Virus record (IMG/VR): IMGVR_UViG_2883713342_000004
Coordinates: 1,929-65,928 of that record
Source: a virus
Lineage: Duplodnaviria > Caudoviricetes
Length of the DNA: 64,000 bases
Direction: 5' to 3' (one strand)
The notes below the pieces were generated by a model, which did no database searches, had not been told where the DNA came from, and saw only the letters and a program-made list of their open reading frames with translations. Made by a program: the position numbers and the translations under genes. How positions within the stretch are numbered: the first letter of the stretch is position 1; each line of letters starts with the position of its first letter. Of this stretch, positions 54,566 through 63,457 are shown piece after piece.

Positions 54566-54793
54566 TTAGTCGTACAAAAAGCGGCAGCTCGCATCGTAGG
54601 CCGCCTCGAAACCGGCGCCCACCGGCCGGTACAGTTCGTCGCGAAGGTCGCGGGGAAGCCGGATATAGCACCGGTAACAGAATGCCCGGCCCCGCTTTTT
54701 CTGCCGCTCACATTGACATTGCTCGCTCTTTAGCGCGTCGATATAAAAGAGCTTTTCGTCCCTTTTTGTCCGGCTTTCTCTTTTTCGGTTCAT
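54566..54793 (-). CDS. Small Cys-rich protein
   Basis: CQC...FCYRCY. Confidence 0.5.
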   Translation of the reverse strand: MNRKRESRTKRDEKLFYIDALKSEQCQCERQKKRGRAFCYRCYIRLPRDLRDELYRPVGAGFEAAYDASCRFLYD

Positions 54794-55079
54794 TGATTTT
54801 GCCCTCTCCGGGAAACCCGTTGCGCTGCTCGTAGTTCTCGCGGCTCAGCACCGTCACGGCACGGTTTTCGAACTCGTCCACCTTGATCACCACATCTATG
54901 TCCGGGTGCCAGTAGATGGCAAAGATCCGGTACGGGCTCCCATTCTCATCGTAAAGGTTACGGCACGGATGCACCGGTACCGATTCTTTCAATATCCTTT
55001 TAATAAGGCGCCTGTTCGGCCAGTTCCCGACCCGTTCCAGCCAGTTTTCGCAAAAGTGCTCCGACAGCCGGATCAACAT
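54708..55079 (-). CDS. Hypothetical protein
   Basis: LSEHFCENWLERV...AVTVL. Confidence 0.5.
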   Translation of the reverse strand: MLIRLSEHFCENWLERVGNWPNRRLIKRILKESVPVHPCRNLYDENGSPYRIFAIYWHPDIDVVIKVDEFENRAVTVLSRENYEQRNGFPGEGKINEPKKRKPDKKGRKALLYRRAKERAMSM

Positions 55080-55504
55080 CGGGACGTCTTCTTTTTGGCT
55101 TGACACACCCGGGCCTGGTGGTAGCTCAAGGCCGCTACCAGGCTGTGCAGTTGCTTGGCGTTCAGCCACCGATAGGATGCGACCGGACGGCCATCCTTGT
55201 TTTTGAACATGCGCTGCGCCATCGCATCCACGTAAGATTCCATGAGCCCAAGCTCGTTGCGGATGGCCGTAATCTTGCCGATCAACCGATCCTTACTGCT
55301 GGCAGGCCTGTTGAATTTCCGATGGGGCACAAAACCTAACTTCTCGAAATGCTCCATCGCTTCAGTGAGCATAGCCTGGGTCAGATGCCTGGAAGAGGTA
55401 ACGCCCAAACCTTCAAGCAATGCCGTTCTTTCAAGCTTCGTCATGCCGGTTTTACTGACAGCCGTGTTGAACAGTTTGACCTGCCCTTTACTGATAAAGC
55501 CCAT
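55073..55504 (-). CDS. gemA: GemA-like regulatory protein (DUF1018)
   Basis: GVTSSRHLT...FEKLGF...KITAI...YVDAMAQRMF...WLNAKQLHSLVAAL. Confidence 0.75.
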   Translation of the reverse strand: MGFISKGQVKLFNTAVSKTGMTKLERTALLEGLGVTSSRHLTQAMLTEAMEHFEKLGFVPHRKFNRPASSKDRLIGKITAIRNELGLMESYVDAMAQRMFKNKDGRPVASYRWLNAKQLHSLVAALSYHQARVCQAKKKTSRC

Positions 55505-55772
55505 TTTGATCCTCCGTTAACTGTTCGTCGGTTTCCTTCCTCCTCGCCGAATCGACGACATCGATACCCAGGCGTGGCTGTTCGATGATGTAAGCCAGGG
55601 GCCGGGTCGATGCCGATCCGCAGTGAGGACAGCGGCCGCTGACCGGATTCGGGAACACGGTCTCGCAGTCGAAGCACAATGAGGCATGCTCCAGCTGGAT
55701 ACCCGGCCGCATGGCCTCGACCGCTTCAAACGACGGTTCGGTCTGTTTCCGCAGACGAATCAGTTTTCTCAT
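55488..55772 (-). CDS. Zn-ribbon protein
   Basis: CFDCE...CPHCGS. Confidence 0.55.
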   Translation of the reverse strand: MRKLIRLRKQTEPSFEAVEAMRPGIQLEHASLCFDCETVFPNPVSGRCPHCGSASTRPLAYIIEQPRLGIDVVDSARRKETDEQLTEDQNGLYQ

Positions 55773-56001
55773 CAGGCACCTCCTGCCCGGTTTTGGTGTC
55801 TATGATTACCGGCTGAATCCCACGGTAGCCGGAAAGTTGCGATTTTTCCTCCAGCGCTGTTTTTTTTTGTTTGTACCGCTGGATGGAATAGGCGCGACTT
55901 CCCACTCCGACCCGCAGCAGATAACGCTGATAGGGGATATAGTTTTTTGGATCACGGAAGAGATCCACCGTTTCGATTACGACGGAAACTATCGGATTCA
56001 T
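55726..56001 (-). CDS. Hypothetical protein
   Basis: Fills the operon gap. Confidence 0.45.
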   Translation of the reverse strand: MNPIVSVVIETVDLFRDPKNYIPYQRYLLRVGVGSRAYSIQRYKQKKTALEEKSQLSGYRGIQPVIIDTKTGQEVPDEKTDSSAETDRTVV

Positions 56002-56005
56002 TGCT

Positions 56006-56587
56006 TCACTTCCCGGCGATCACCGCCATGTCGGCGATGGCCGCCTGTCCCTTGTTGATGGCAATCTGAGCGGCCGATAACGCCGCTTCGGCCTCTTTCT
56101 GCTTTTCCCGCAGCCGCCGCAGCTTCTCCGCGTTCTCCTCGTTTCTCACCAGGTTGGGGCCTGGATCTTTGATCATCCGATATCTCGAGGGCTTATTATT
56201 GGGCATATCGATCCGCCGCAGATTCCCGCGCCTCACCAGAAATCGAAGGTATTCCTTGGCCGTGATTTCCGAAACTTCGCAGTTGGCCACCAGGTCGCTG
56301 GCCATGATGTTTTCGGTCCGATTGGCCCGGATCAGCCTGAGCATGCAATTTGTCTTGTCCGCAGGACGCACGCCATTTTTTATGCCCTGGTATCTGTAGA
56401 TCCCCGGCCGCACCCGCACGACTTCCTTGCGTTTCATGAAATCGCGAATGGTTCTGTAAACGGGGCGCTTCTCTTGATCCGACACCAGGTCGAGCCGCGC
56501 CGCGATCTCCTGAATCGAAACCTCATCGCGATCCTTCAGCTCGATCTGCATGATCTCCCGAACTCTCTGGGCAAACGATTTCGGCAT
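56006..56587 (-). CDS. Tandem winged-helix protein
   Basis: Start MPKSFAQ; two HTH-like repeats; directly downstream of MuB. Confidence 0.65.
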   Translation of the reverse strand: MPKSFAQRVREIMQIELKDRDEVSIQEIAARLDLVSDQEKRPVYRTIRDFMKRKEVVRVRPGIYRYQGIKNGVRPADKTNCMLRLIRANRTENIMASDLVANCEVSEITAKEYLRFLVRRGNLRRIDMPNNKPSRYRMIKDPGPNLVRNEENAEKLRRLREKQKEAEAALSAAQIAINKGQAAIADMAVIAGK

Positions 56588-56597
56588 GAAAATCCCC

Positions 56598-57362
56598 TTA
56601 TTTCTTGGCCCAATGGATGGCCGACTTGATGGCGGCGCCGGCGATCTCCGGCGTGATGACATCGCTGTTTTTCGCGTTGGCGTACTGGATCGCGTACTGC
56701 ACAGCCCGTTTGACCAAACGGAAGTTGCCGTCGGACGTATTCTTGGTGCCGGTTTTGTGCAGAATGGCGGCCACGTCCGCATTGATCTTGACTCCGGCGG
56801 CCTCCTTGGCGAAGATGATCACGTCGCTGTGTTTCATGGGGGAAAACATCACCGGATCGAATGTCAACGTCCATCCGCGTTCATTGGGCTGCATGAAAGG
56901 GATAAGCTTGCGCTCGCCAATCAGAATGAACGGACAAAGGCTCGCTTTCGTAAAATCGCGCATCAATTCGAGATGCCCGTTTTTAAGCCGGTCCACCTCG
57001 TCGATGAAAATTACCGCGTCCCGATTTTCAAAAAGGTAGTCCATGATATCGCGGTAACATCGCCCTTTTCGGTTCCCGACATTCTCGATACCAAGCTCCC
57101 GACACAGGTCCCGCAGGAATTCGAGTTCGCTGGAACGCCATATCCACGTGGAAGGAAGGTAAACCGTGTTGGGGTGATTGGCGTAATACCATTTAGCCGC
57201 CTCGCTCTTCCCTAGTCCGGCCCCACCGCAGATCATCCCGAAACAACCTTCACCGGTATCCATCTGGATATCTTCCATCATCATTAGAACGTTCCGGACA
57301 TTCTGGGTTTGGATAAAAACCGAGTTGGACATCTTTAATCCTGACATTGGGACTCCTTTCAT
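56598..57362 (-). CDS. MuB-like AAA+ transposition ATPase
   Basis: Walker A GGAGLGKS, Walker B IFIDEVD, ILIGE; follows the transposase. Confidence 0.9.
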   Translation of the reverse strand: MKGVPMSGLKMSNSVFIQTQNVRNVLMMMEDIQMDTGEGCFGMICGGAGLGKSEAAKWYYANHPNTVYLPSTWIWRSSELEFLRDLCRELGIENVGNRKGRCYRDIMDYLFENRDAVIFIDEVDRLKNGHLELMRDFTKASLCPFILIGERKLIPFMQPNERGWTLTFDPVMFSPMKHSDVIIFAKEAAGVKINADVAAILHKTGTKNTSDGNFRLVKRAVQYAIQYANAKNSDVITPEIAGAAIKSAIHWAKK

Positions 57363-57386
57363 TTGTATTTATTTTCACCGACGCCC

Positions 57387-59525
57387 TCACATCGCATCCG
57401 CGATAACCGCTTCTTTCTTGCGAACCTCTTCCCAATAATCGTTCTTCTCAAGGCTGCGATACGCCGGTGTCTGCTCGAAATACCGCATAAACGCCATCCA
57501 CTGCTTCGGGATCATCACCCCCCGGGCGTCAAGGCGCACCAGCTGCTCGTACCGGTCCGGTTCGTCCATTCGATCCAGGTCGGCGAAAACGTTCACCGGC
57601 TCTTTTTCCTGGGATTCGAAATACTCGGCCGCTTCCTGCTCGATGCGTTTCTCTTCTGCGGCGGTGAGCTGTTTGGGCGCGGTTTCCCGGTCGATCTTCA
57701 GGGGGCCGGTGGGCGTCACGCCTTCGCGCAGCAGCTGCTGACGGTGGGCCGGCAGCACCTCTTTCTCCAGCAGCATCTTCGATAGTCCGCTGGCCAGCTT
57801 GTACTGGTGATTCTTGATAGCGATCTGCTGCTCAAGCTGGGCCACATCCTCGGCGGTGCCCAATTGCTTGGCCGCCGGGTGGGTTTTCTCCTGTTCGTAG
57901 GCGATACAGATAAATTCTCCGTCTTCGTATACGGCGATATAGCTCGGGTCCTGGAGATCGTAGCGGATCTCCACCTTGTGGTGGCGTCCGTACAGATCGT
58001 TGTGGTAGTAAAAGCGGCCCATATGGGAGATGCGGCTGGCCCGGATTAGGGCGTCTTTCCGGGCCCACATCAGGGCGGTCAACGCCATCGGGTCGACGCC
58101 TTCACCGCGACCGGGCTCGAACAGGTCAACGGGTGCCCATCCCTTCAGGTATTTGCTGCGTTCCTGCGGCCGCCGGGCGTATTCGTCCATCCAGTTCGCC
58201 ACCATGCAATGGGCCATTTCAATGGTCATGCATTTGCCATCCATGATTTTTTCGTAAACCTTGCGATGGAGTTTTTCTCCGCGCATCATTCGCGGCGGCT
58301 TGGTGGCAATGGAGGTCCCGCTATAGGTGTCCGAGTGCCGCTCCATCTCGGCCATCGTGCCGAAAAAGCGCTCGACCGTTTTAGACTGCCCGTGGTAGGC
58401 CCAGGCGAAAATGGTCTGGATTCCAAGATCGCTGTAAATACCGGACAACCCGGCCTGTTCGAGGTCGGTCTCCAGGGCAGTCCCTTTGAAATATTTGGCC
58501 TTGAATGCCTTTCCGTTGTCCAGGTAGACCACGCGCGGGATCTTGCCCAGCATCAGGATCGCCCGGCGCAGGGCCGTGGAGATGGCTGCGGTGTTTTCGG
58601 AAGGGGCGATCTCCCATCCACAGGGCATATTCGAACGCATGTCGAAAAACGTGATCAGCTGCATCCGGGTCGGCTTGCCGGTCCACGGATTGAGAATTTC
58701 GAAATTCAGCTTGTGCCCGTCTGCAACCAGGACATCGCCCACGTTAATCAGTTCCGGGTTGCGCTCGATGGAATAGCAGCAGTTGTCGTTCCAGTATTTT
58801 TTACCGTGCCGCTGGAAGCACCAGATGTCGTAATTGTGGGTCCTGAATTTCTCGATCCATCGCCGGTAGGTATTCGGGCTGTGCCCGTTGTCGATCCCCA
58901 GGCCGGCCATGCGCTTCTTGGCCTCCCGGATCACCTCGGCGATGAGGAGTTTATTGGGATGCAGCGCCACCTGGAGGATGATCGTGGCCTGCTGCGCGGT
59001 GATGAGGGTCTTTCCTTTATGGGCCTTGCCACGCTTATCCGCCAGGTTCCCGCCGGATCGCACGGCCCGTTTCCATCCTTCTATGGTTTTCCAGGATACC
59101 GGCCCGACGATCTCGTAAATTTGCTGAAAGATGAGACCGCCGTTGTACGCCAGCATGAAGTTTTCACGGGCCGTGGCCTTGTTGCCGTGTCCGGCGGCGG
59201 CCAGGGTGCGGTTGTACTGCAGCAGCAGGTCGGTCTTTGCGCTGAAGATTTCCTTTTGCTTCTCGGTCATGGCCGGCACCGGTGTTTTCTCCGGCGCAAC
59301 GGCGGGAAGGCGGCTGCCGGATGTCTCCGGCAGGTTGCAGACGCGCTCCTTATTATATAAGAGGCGGATATCCTCTGGGAGATTGTCTACCCGGTAATGT
59401 TTTGCCGGTCCACCTCGCCCCGAAACGAGATCATATCGCCACTTCTCGTTCTGAGCCCGTTTATTGACAGCCCTGACGGTGACGCAAAGCAATCCGGATA
59501 TCTCTTTTGCCGTGATCGCCTGCAT
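57387..59525 (-). CDS. MuA-like DDE transposase (full length)
   Basis: N-terminal HTH, VADGH / YLDNGK / KTVERFF triad, C-terminal IRYDLQD domain. Confidence 0.95.
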   Translation of the reverse strand: MQAITAKEISGLLCVTVRAVNKRAQNEKWRYDLVSGRGGPAKHYRVDNLPEDIRLLYNKERVCNLPETSGSRLPAVAPEKTPVPAMTEKQKEIFSAKTDLLLQYNRTLAAAGHGNKATARENFMLAYNGGLIFQQIYEIVGPVSWKTIEGWKRAVRSGGNLADKRGKAHKGKTLITAQQATIILQVALHPNKLLIAEVIREAKKRMAGLGIDNGHSPNTYRRWIEKFRTHNYDIWCFQRHGKKYWNDNCCYSIERNPELINVGDVLVADGHKLNFEILNPWTGKPTRMQLITFFDMRSNMPCGWEIAPSENTAAISTALRRAILMLGKIPRVVYLDNGKAFKAKYFKGTALETDLEQAGLSGIYSDLGIQTIFAWAYHGQSKTVERFFGTMAEMERHSDTYSGTSIATKPPRMMRGEKLHRKVYEKIMDGKCMTIEMAHCMVANWMDEYARRPQERSKYLKGWAPVDLFEPGRGEGVDPMALTALMWARKDALIRASRISHMGRFYYHNDLYGRHHKVEIRYDLQDPSYIAVYEDGEFICIAYEQEKTHPAAKQLGTAEDVAQLEQQIAIKNHQYKLASGLSKMLLEKEVLPAHRQQLLREGVTPTGPLKIDRETAPKQLTAAEEKRIEQEAAEYFESQEKEPVNVFADLDRMDEPDRYEQLVRLDARGVMIPKQWMAFMRYFEQTPAYRSLEKNDYWEEVRKKEAVIADAM

Positions 59526-59526
59526 A

Positions 59527-60159
59527 TCAGCCCTCGATCAACCGTCTCAACCCGTCGAGCATATCCAGCATCTTCTTGCGGTCCACGCCCACAAACCGGT
59601 TCCGCTTGGCCTCGTAGATACTCTCCGTGATAGTTTTGAAGGCGTCCCGGAACGTTTCCGGCAGATCTTCCATCACGTTCTTGATCTTGCCGCGCAGGGT
59701 CTCGCCGCCGGTCTGGCCGCGCATGGCCTGTACCGCCCAGATCACATGCCGGGCCATGACGGTCTTTTCTTCCATGTCTCGGGCGCGATCAATCGCCAGC
59801 TTCCAGGCCCTGGGTTGTTCTTCCGGTTCGAGTTTGGTCAGCGGCCGCACCAGCGCCTCTTTTTCTGGGAAAAACGGAAACTCAATGTCCGCATTGCGGA
59901 CATTCTCGACCACCTCGACGCCGGATGTCAGCTGGTAGGAAGTGGATCGGGCGATGTCGAAACGGTCCTTGACGTATTGTTCCCAGCTGTCGTGGGTGGT
60001 GCGATACAGTTCGCGCTCCTTGATTTCCTTGAGGGCCAGGCCGACCTGCATCCATGTGACCAGGTTGTCCTCGACGATTTTTTCGAGTCGGTCCCGGTCT
60101 GCCCATTCATCCCTGGTCAGCTGCATCACATCCATAGTTCCGTTTTTCATGCCCACCAC
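59527..60159 (-). CDS. DUF3102-like HTH protein
   Basis: VGLALKEIK.RELYR..H.SWEQYV; paralog of 14773-15426. Confidence 0.7.
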   Translation of the reverse strand: MVGMKNGTMDVMQLTRDEWADRDRLEKIVEDNLVTWMQVGLALKEIKERELYRTTHDSWEQYVKDRFDIARSTSYQLTSGVEVVENVRNADIEFPFFPEKEALVRPLTKLEPEEQPRAWKLAIDRARDMEEKTVMARHVIWAVQAMRGQTGGETLRGKIKNVMEDLPETFRDAFKTITESIYEAKRNRFVGVDRKKMLDMLDGLRRLIEG

Positions 60160-60163
60160 CTTT

Positions 60164-60367
60164 TTATGCGTTACGATTGTTGATTAAATTTTCCGGACAC
60201 CCCTTCTTCCGCAAATACGCCAGCACGCGCGCATCGTCGGCCTGGCCGTGAATCGTGCGCCAGGCCGCCTCCATCGATGCGCCGGTGATCATCGCCACAT
60301 CGCCAATGGAAATGCTGTTCCTGTAAAGCCAGCTGGCCGCGCTATCCGGTTCTATCGGGGTCGGCAT
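60164..60367 (-). CDS. Small HTH-like early protein
   Basis: Paralog of 15431-15622; start MPTPIE. Confidence 0.7.
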   Translation of the reverse strand: MPTPIEPDSAASWLYRNSISIGDVAMITGASMEAAWRTIHGQADDARVLAYLRKKGCPENLINNRNA

Positions 60368-60369
60368 CT

Positions 60370-60666
60370 CTATCCCTCTATGGAAATGATGGAAGGAACA
60401 ACGGCACCGGGAATGCCGACGAGATGTTTTGCGACGGCCAGGCAGCCCTCGCAGCCGCATTGGCATCCGAAAAGGATGTCGACATAGAGCCCGTCCGACT
60501 TCCCGCACAGGATCCCCGAAATCCCTTCGTACAGCTTTTTCTGGCAATCGCCGCACGGGACGCTCCAGGGAGAATCTTCAGGAAGATCGTCTCCACGGTC
60601 TTTTTCAGAAAATTCCAGCACGTTTACCGAATCGCAAATGGGACATTGGTTGATGATTCCGATCAT
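60370..60666 (-). CDS. Cys-rich protein absent from prophage 1
   Basis: CPIC, CGDC, CQCGCEGC; GGAGGTG RBS and ATGA coupling. Confidence 0.6.
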   Translation of the reverse strand: MIGIINQCPICDSVNVLEFSEKDRGDDLPEDSPWSVPCGDCQKKLYEGISGILCGKSDGLYVDILFGCQCGCEGCLAVAKHLVGIPGAVVPSIISIEG

Positions 60667-60941
60667 GATCGCACCTCCTTGGTTGTGGTTTCAGACCAGA
60701 ACGTCTGTCCCAGTCTGGCCTCGATGAAATTCCGGACTTTTTTTGGCGTACGCTTACCGTTGACCACCTGCGAAATATATTGCCGTGAGACGCCCAGCTC
60801 GTCGGCCCACTCGGACATCTTTTCACCCTTCGCCAGGGCGATGGAACGGATACGCCTGGCGGTCAGTTTCCGGCCGACCGTTTTTGAGTTGTCGTTTTCG
60901 TCTATATATAGAGTGTAGGTGATCTTTCTTCTGCGTGTCAT
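60663..60941 (-). CDS. Ner/Cro-like HTH regulator
   Basis: WADELGVSRQYISQVVNG, identical to the prophage 1 copy. Confidence 0.8.
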   Translation of the reverse strand: MTRRRKITYTLYIDENDNSKTVGRKLTARRIRSIALAKGEKMSEWADELGVSRQYISQVVNGKRTPKKVRNFIEARLGQTFWSETTTKEVRS

Positions 60942-61442
60942 TTACAGCTCCGATTCCAGTTTTCTTACCGTTCGGTTGTGCTCCCGGATTGCCATCTTGG
61001 CTTCGGCCCAGGAGAGTAGTTTTTGTTCATGATCTCCGATAACCCGATTTCCGATTGGCCTGGCCATGACATCGAGCACGGAACATTTCCCCACCGCTGC
61101 ACAAAAAACCGGTACCGCCTTCAGGGGAATCTGCCGGGATGGCGCGTTTGGATTTAGCCATTTTTCGAAAGTCTCAGTGGTCAGCCGCTGGCTGTTTCCA
61201 TTGGTGAGGCAGACTCCGTAGGCGTCGGCCAGGTCATTCATCTTGTCGACAACCTGGTCGCGGGACATCCCGCTGCTGAGAACGTCTTTATTCATGACCT
61301 CTTTGATTGATCGGGTCACATTCAGGGTGGGCTGATCGAAGAGTCCGCGTTGGATGGTGATGGGTTTATTCATCTTGTCCGCCGATTCGATCCGATTTGT
61401 CCGGTTTTTGCGATTACTCGGACATTGACATTCCGGGTTCAT
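60942..61442 (-). CDS. First early gene, CII-like regulatory protein
   Basis: Paralog of 15892-16392. Confidence 0.65.
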   Translation of the reverse strand: MNPECQCPSNRKNRTNRIESADKMNKPITIQRGLFDQPTLNVTRSIKEVMNKDVLSSGMSRDQVVDKMNDLADAYGVCLTNGNSQRLTTETFEKWLNPNAPSRQIPLKAVPVFCAAVGKCSVLDVMARPIGNRVIGDHEQKLLSWAEAKMAIREHNRTVRKLESEL

Positions 61443-61488
61443 CTAAATTAGAGTGAAACCGGTGCTAACTTGTGAAGCACTAAAAATG

Positions 61489-61517
61489 GTTATAGGGCAA
61501 TTTTTTTGGCCAGTCAA
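61489..61517 (-). promoter_or_regulatory. Sigma70-type early promoter of prophage 2
   Basis: TTGACT-17 bp-TATAAC on the minus strand. Confidence 0.8.
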
Positions 61518-61595
61518 GTAATTTATTGGTTCCAACTTTATTTTTGACGTAATTTTTTAAACTGTTCTATAAGTTGTTGAGACAATAGAAAATAT

Positions 61596-62060
61596 ATGTC
61601 TGTTCCCACTTCGAAAAACGGTTCCAGCTTAAGTTCCAGCTTTCAAAATGAAAGTGGGAACCGAGAATCGTTTCATTTTAGACTTAAAAGAAAGCGAAAA
61701 GAGTTAGATATTAGCCAGCAAAAATTGGCTGATATGATAGGTGTTACTAAAAATACAATTCAAAGTTGGGAAAGATCTACATTTCCAAAAGGCGACCACT
61801 TAATTACGCTTTCGACAATATTTTCTTGTTCTACGGATTGGCTGCTTAAAGGTGAGAATGATACCAATGGAAGCCAAGTGGCATATATAGACTATGCCAC
61901 GCAGCTTGTGTATGAAGTAGAAAAGGAGGTGAAAACTAAATTGAACGACAGCCAGCGCAAGGCGGTGGTTGAAATTTTGCGCAAAGAGATCGACAGGCGC
62001 AACCAGGAATCCAAGGATCAGATCGCCAAGCTATTAACATCGTTCATAGTTCGTGACTGA
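61596..62060 (+). CDS. XRE-family prophage repressor
   Basis: ISQQKLADMIGVTKNTIQSWE...STDWLLKG; no peptidase domain. Confidence 0.85.
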   Translation: MSVPTSKNGSSLSSSFQNESGNRESFHFRLKRKRKELDISQQKLADMIGVTKNTIQSWERSTFPKGDHLITLSTIFSCSTDWLLKGENDTNGSQVAYIDYATQLVYEVEKEVKTKLNDSQRKAVVEILRKEIDRRNQESKDQIAKLLTSFIVRD

Positions 62061-62068
62061 AAAGGAGA

Positions 62069-62701
62069 GTGGTGATGGAAGATCTCAGGGGCAAGCTAAG
62101 AGAGGCAATTGTCAGGAACGCGGATAAAGCGGAACCAACTATTGAAAAGGGTCATGTTGCCGTCGGCAATGGTAATATTCAGGCTGGTGGAGATGTTAAT
62201 ATTTCCAATAATGAACGAAAAGTAGAACGGGTTAACCGCCTTCCGGAATGTGATGACATCGATGCCCGGCAAAAGAAATTTATACAGGACAAAATCTATC
62301 AGCTGGCCGACCGCGATGTTAAAAAGGGCGCGGATACAGGTAAGGCCCGGTCTTCCTGGTGGTCACGTCTTAGAAACAAATTCTATGTAAATTCATACAC
62401 CTGCCTGAAACAATCCCAGTTCGACGACGTAATGAAATGGCTCGACCAGCAGGTTGGAATGACCAGGTCGAAGCTTCGCAGAACCGACAAATCCACCTGG
62501 CGCAAGGAACTTTATACGGCCCTTAATGCAAAAAAAAGCCAGCTTAAAAAAACAAAAGAATGGCTTTACGATCAGGCCTATGAAATCACCGGAAAACGTG
62601 TTACATCCCTTAAAGACTTGAACGATACCAACCTCAAAAAACTGCATCAAATTCTTTTCAGCCGTTACAAAGGTGTGGGCTCACGCAAAAAAATCCGCTA
62701 A
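62069..62701 (+). CDS. Putative DNA-binding protein with ORF6C-like segment
   Basis: WSRLRNKFYVNSYTCLKQSQFDDVMKWL; AAGGAG RBS; directly downstream of the repressor. Confidence 0.6.
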   Translation: MVMEDLRGKLREAIVRNADKAEPTIEKGHVAVGNGNIQAGGDVNISNNERKVERVNRLPECDDIDARQKKFIQDKIYQLADRDVKKGADTGKARSSWWSRLRNKFYVNSYTCLKQSQFDDVMKWLDQQVGMTRSKLRRTDKSTWRKELYTALNAKKSQLKKTKEWLYDQAYEITGKRVTSLKDLNDTNLKKLHQILFSRYKGVGSRKKIR

Positions 62702-62703
62702 TA

Positions 62704-63417
62704 TTGTTGATTTTAAAGGAGGCCCATTTTATGCAATTTTATTCAATAGAAAATAAAAACGATATTGGTATATCAATTAAAACAATTTCAATCGTCTCAG
62801 TGTTTATTTTATTATTTTTAGGGTGTGAAACTATCGTCGAAACAGAGGTTAGCCTGCAAGATCTTTTAAATTCAAAAACAAAAATAATCAGTGGAGACCT
62901 TTATGTTGAAGTGGCTGCTTGCGCCAGCCACGAAGATTCTCGCAAACCTTCTAATGCTGCTGTTCAGGCCCAACAAACAATTCCGATAATTTTCGAAGGT
63001 GCTGAATATATAGAATGTTTTTCAAAAAGTTTTGATTCTTTCGCGCATTTTAAAATTCCTATAGTTATCGACAAAGATATTGATGGAAAATTTGCATCCA
63101 ATAAAAACGTAAATATCATTTCTAATAAAAATAACTTATTATGGATTGGGATACCACCAGGAATTAAGAAAAAGATGGAGAATTTCAAAGAAGAAAGTTT
63201 TGGCGCGACTTCATTCGATCTCAAAGTTAACGTTATGATAAATAATGATACGGGAAAAGATCATCCTTTTAAAGTGGTATCCGCCTATATAGATGGTCAT
63301 CCATACGTTTATGGTGATTTGACGTCGCACAAAAACAGTAAATTTCTTGTTACATTATCCGACGTATCGGTAGACCAAGCTTTGAAAGATGGAAGGGCTT
63401 TAGTTTTGTTGCATTGA
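62704..63417 (+). CDS. Putative lipoprotein (lysogenic cargo)
   Basis: Lipobox LFLGC; AT-rich; exact start uncertain. Confidence 0.6.
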   Translation: MLILKEAHFMQFYSIENKNDIGISIKTISIVSVFILLFLGCETIVETEVSLQDLLNSKTKIISGDLYVEVAACASHEDSRKPSNAAVQAQQTIPIIFEGAEYIECFSKSFDSFAHFKIPIVIDKDIDGKFASNKNVNIISNKNNLLWIGIPPGIKKKMENFKEESFGATSFDLKVNVMINNDTGKDHPFKVVSAYIDGHPYVYGDLTSHKNSKFLVTLSDVSVDQALKDGRALVLLH

Positions 63418-63457
63418 TAGATAATGGCAATTTTTCTGTTATCAACGGAGGCTGAAA

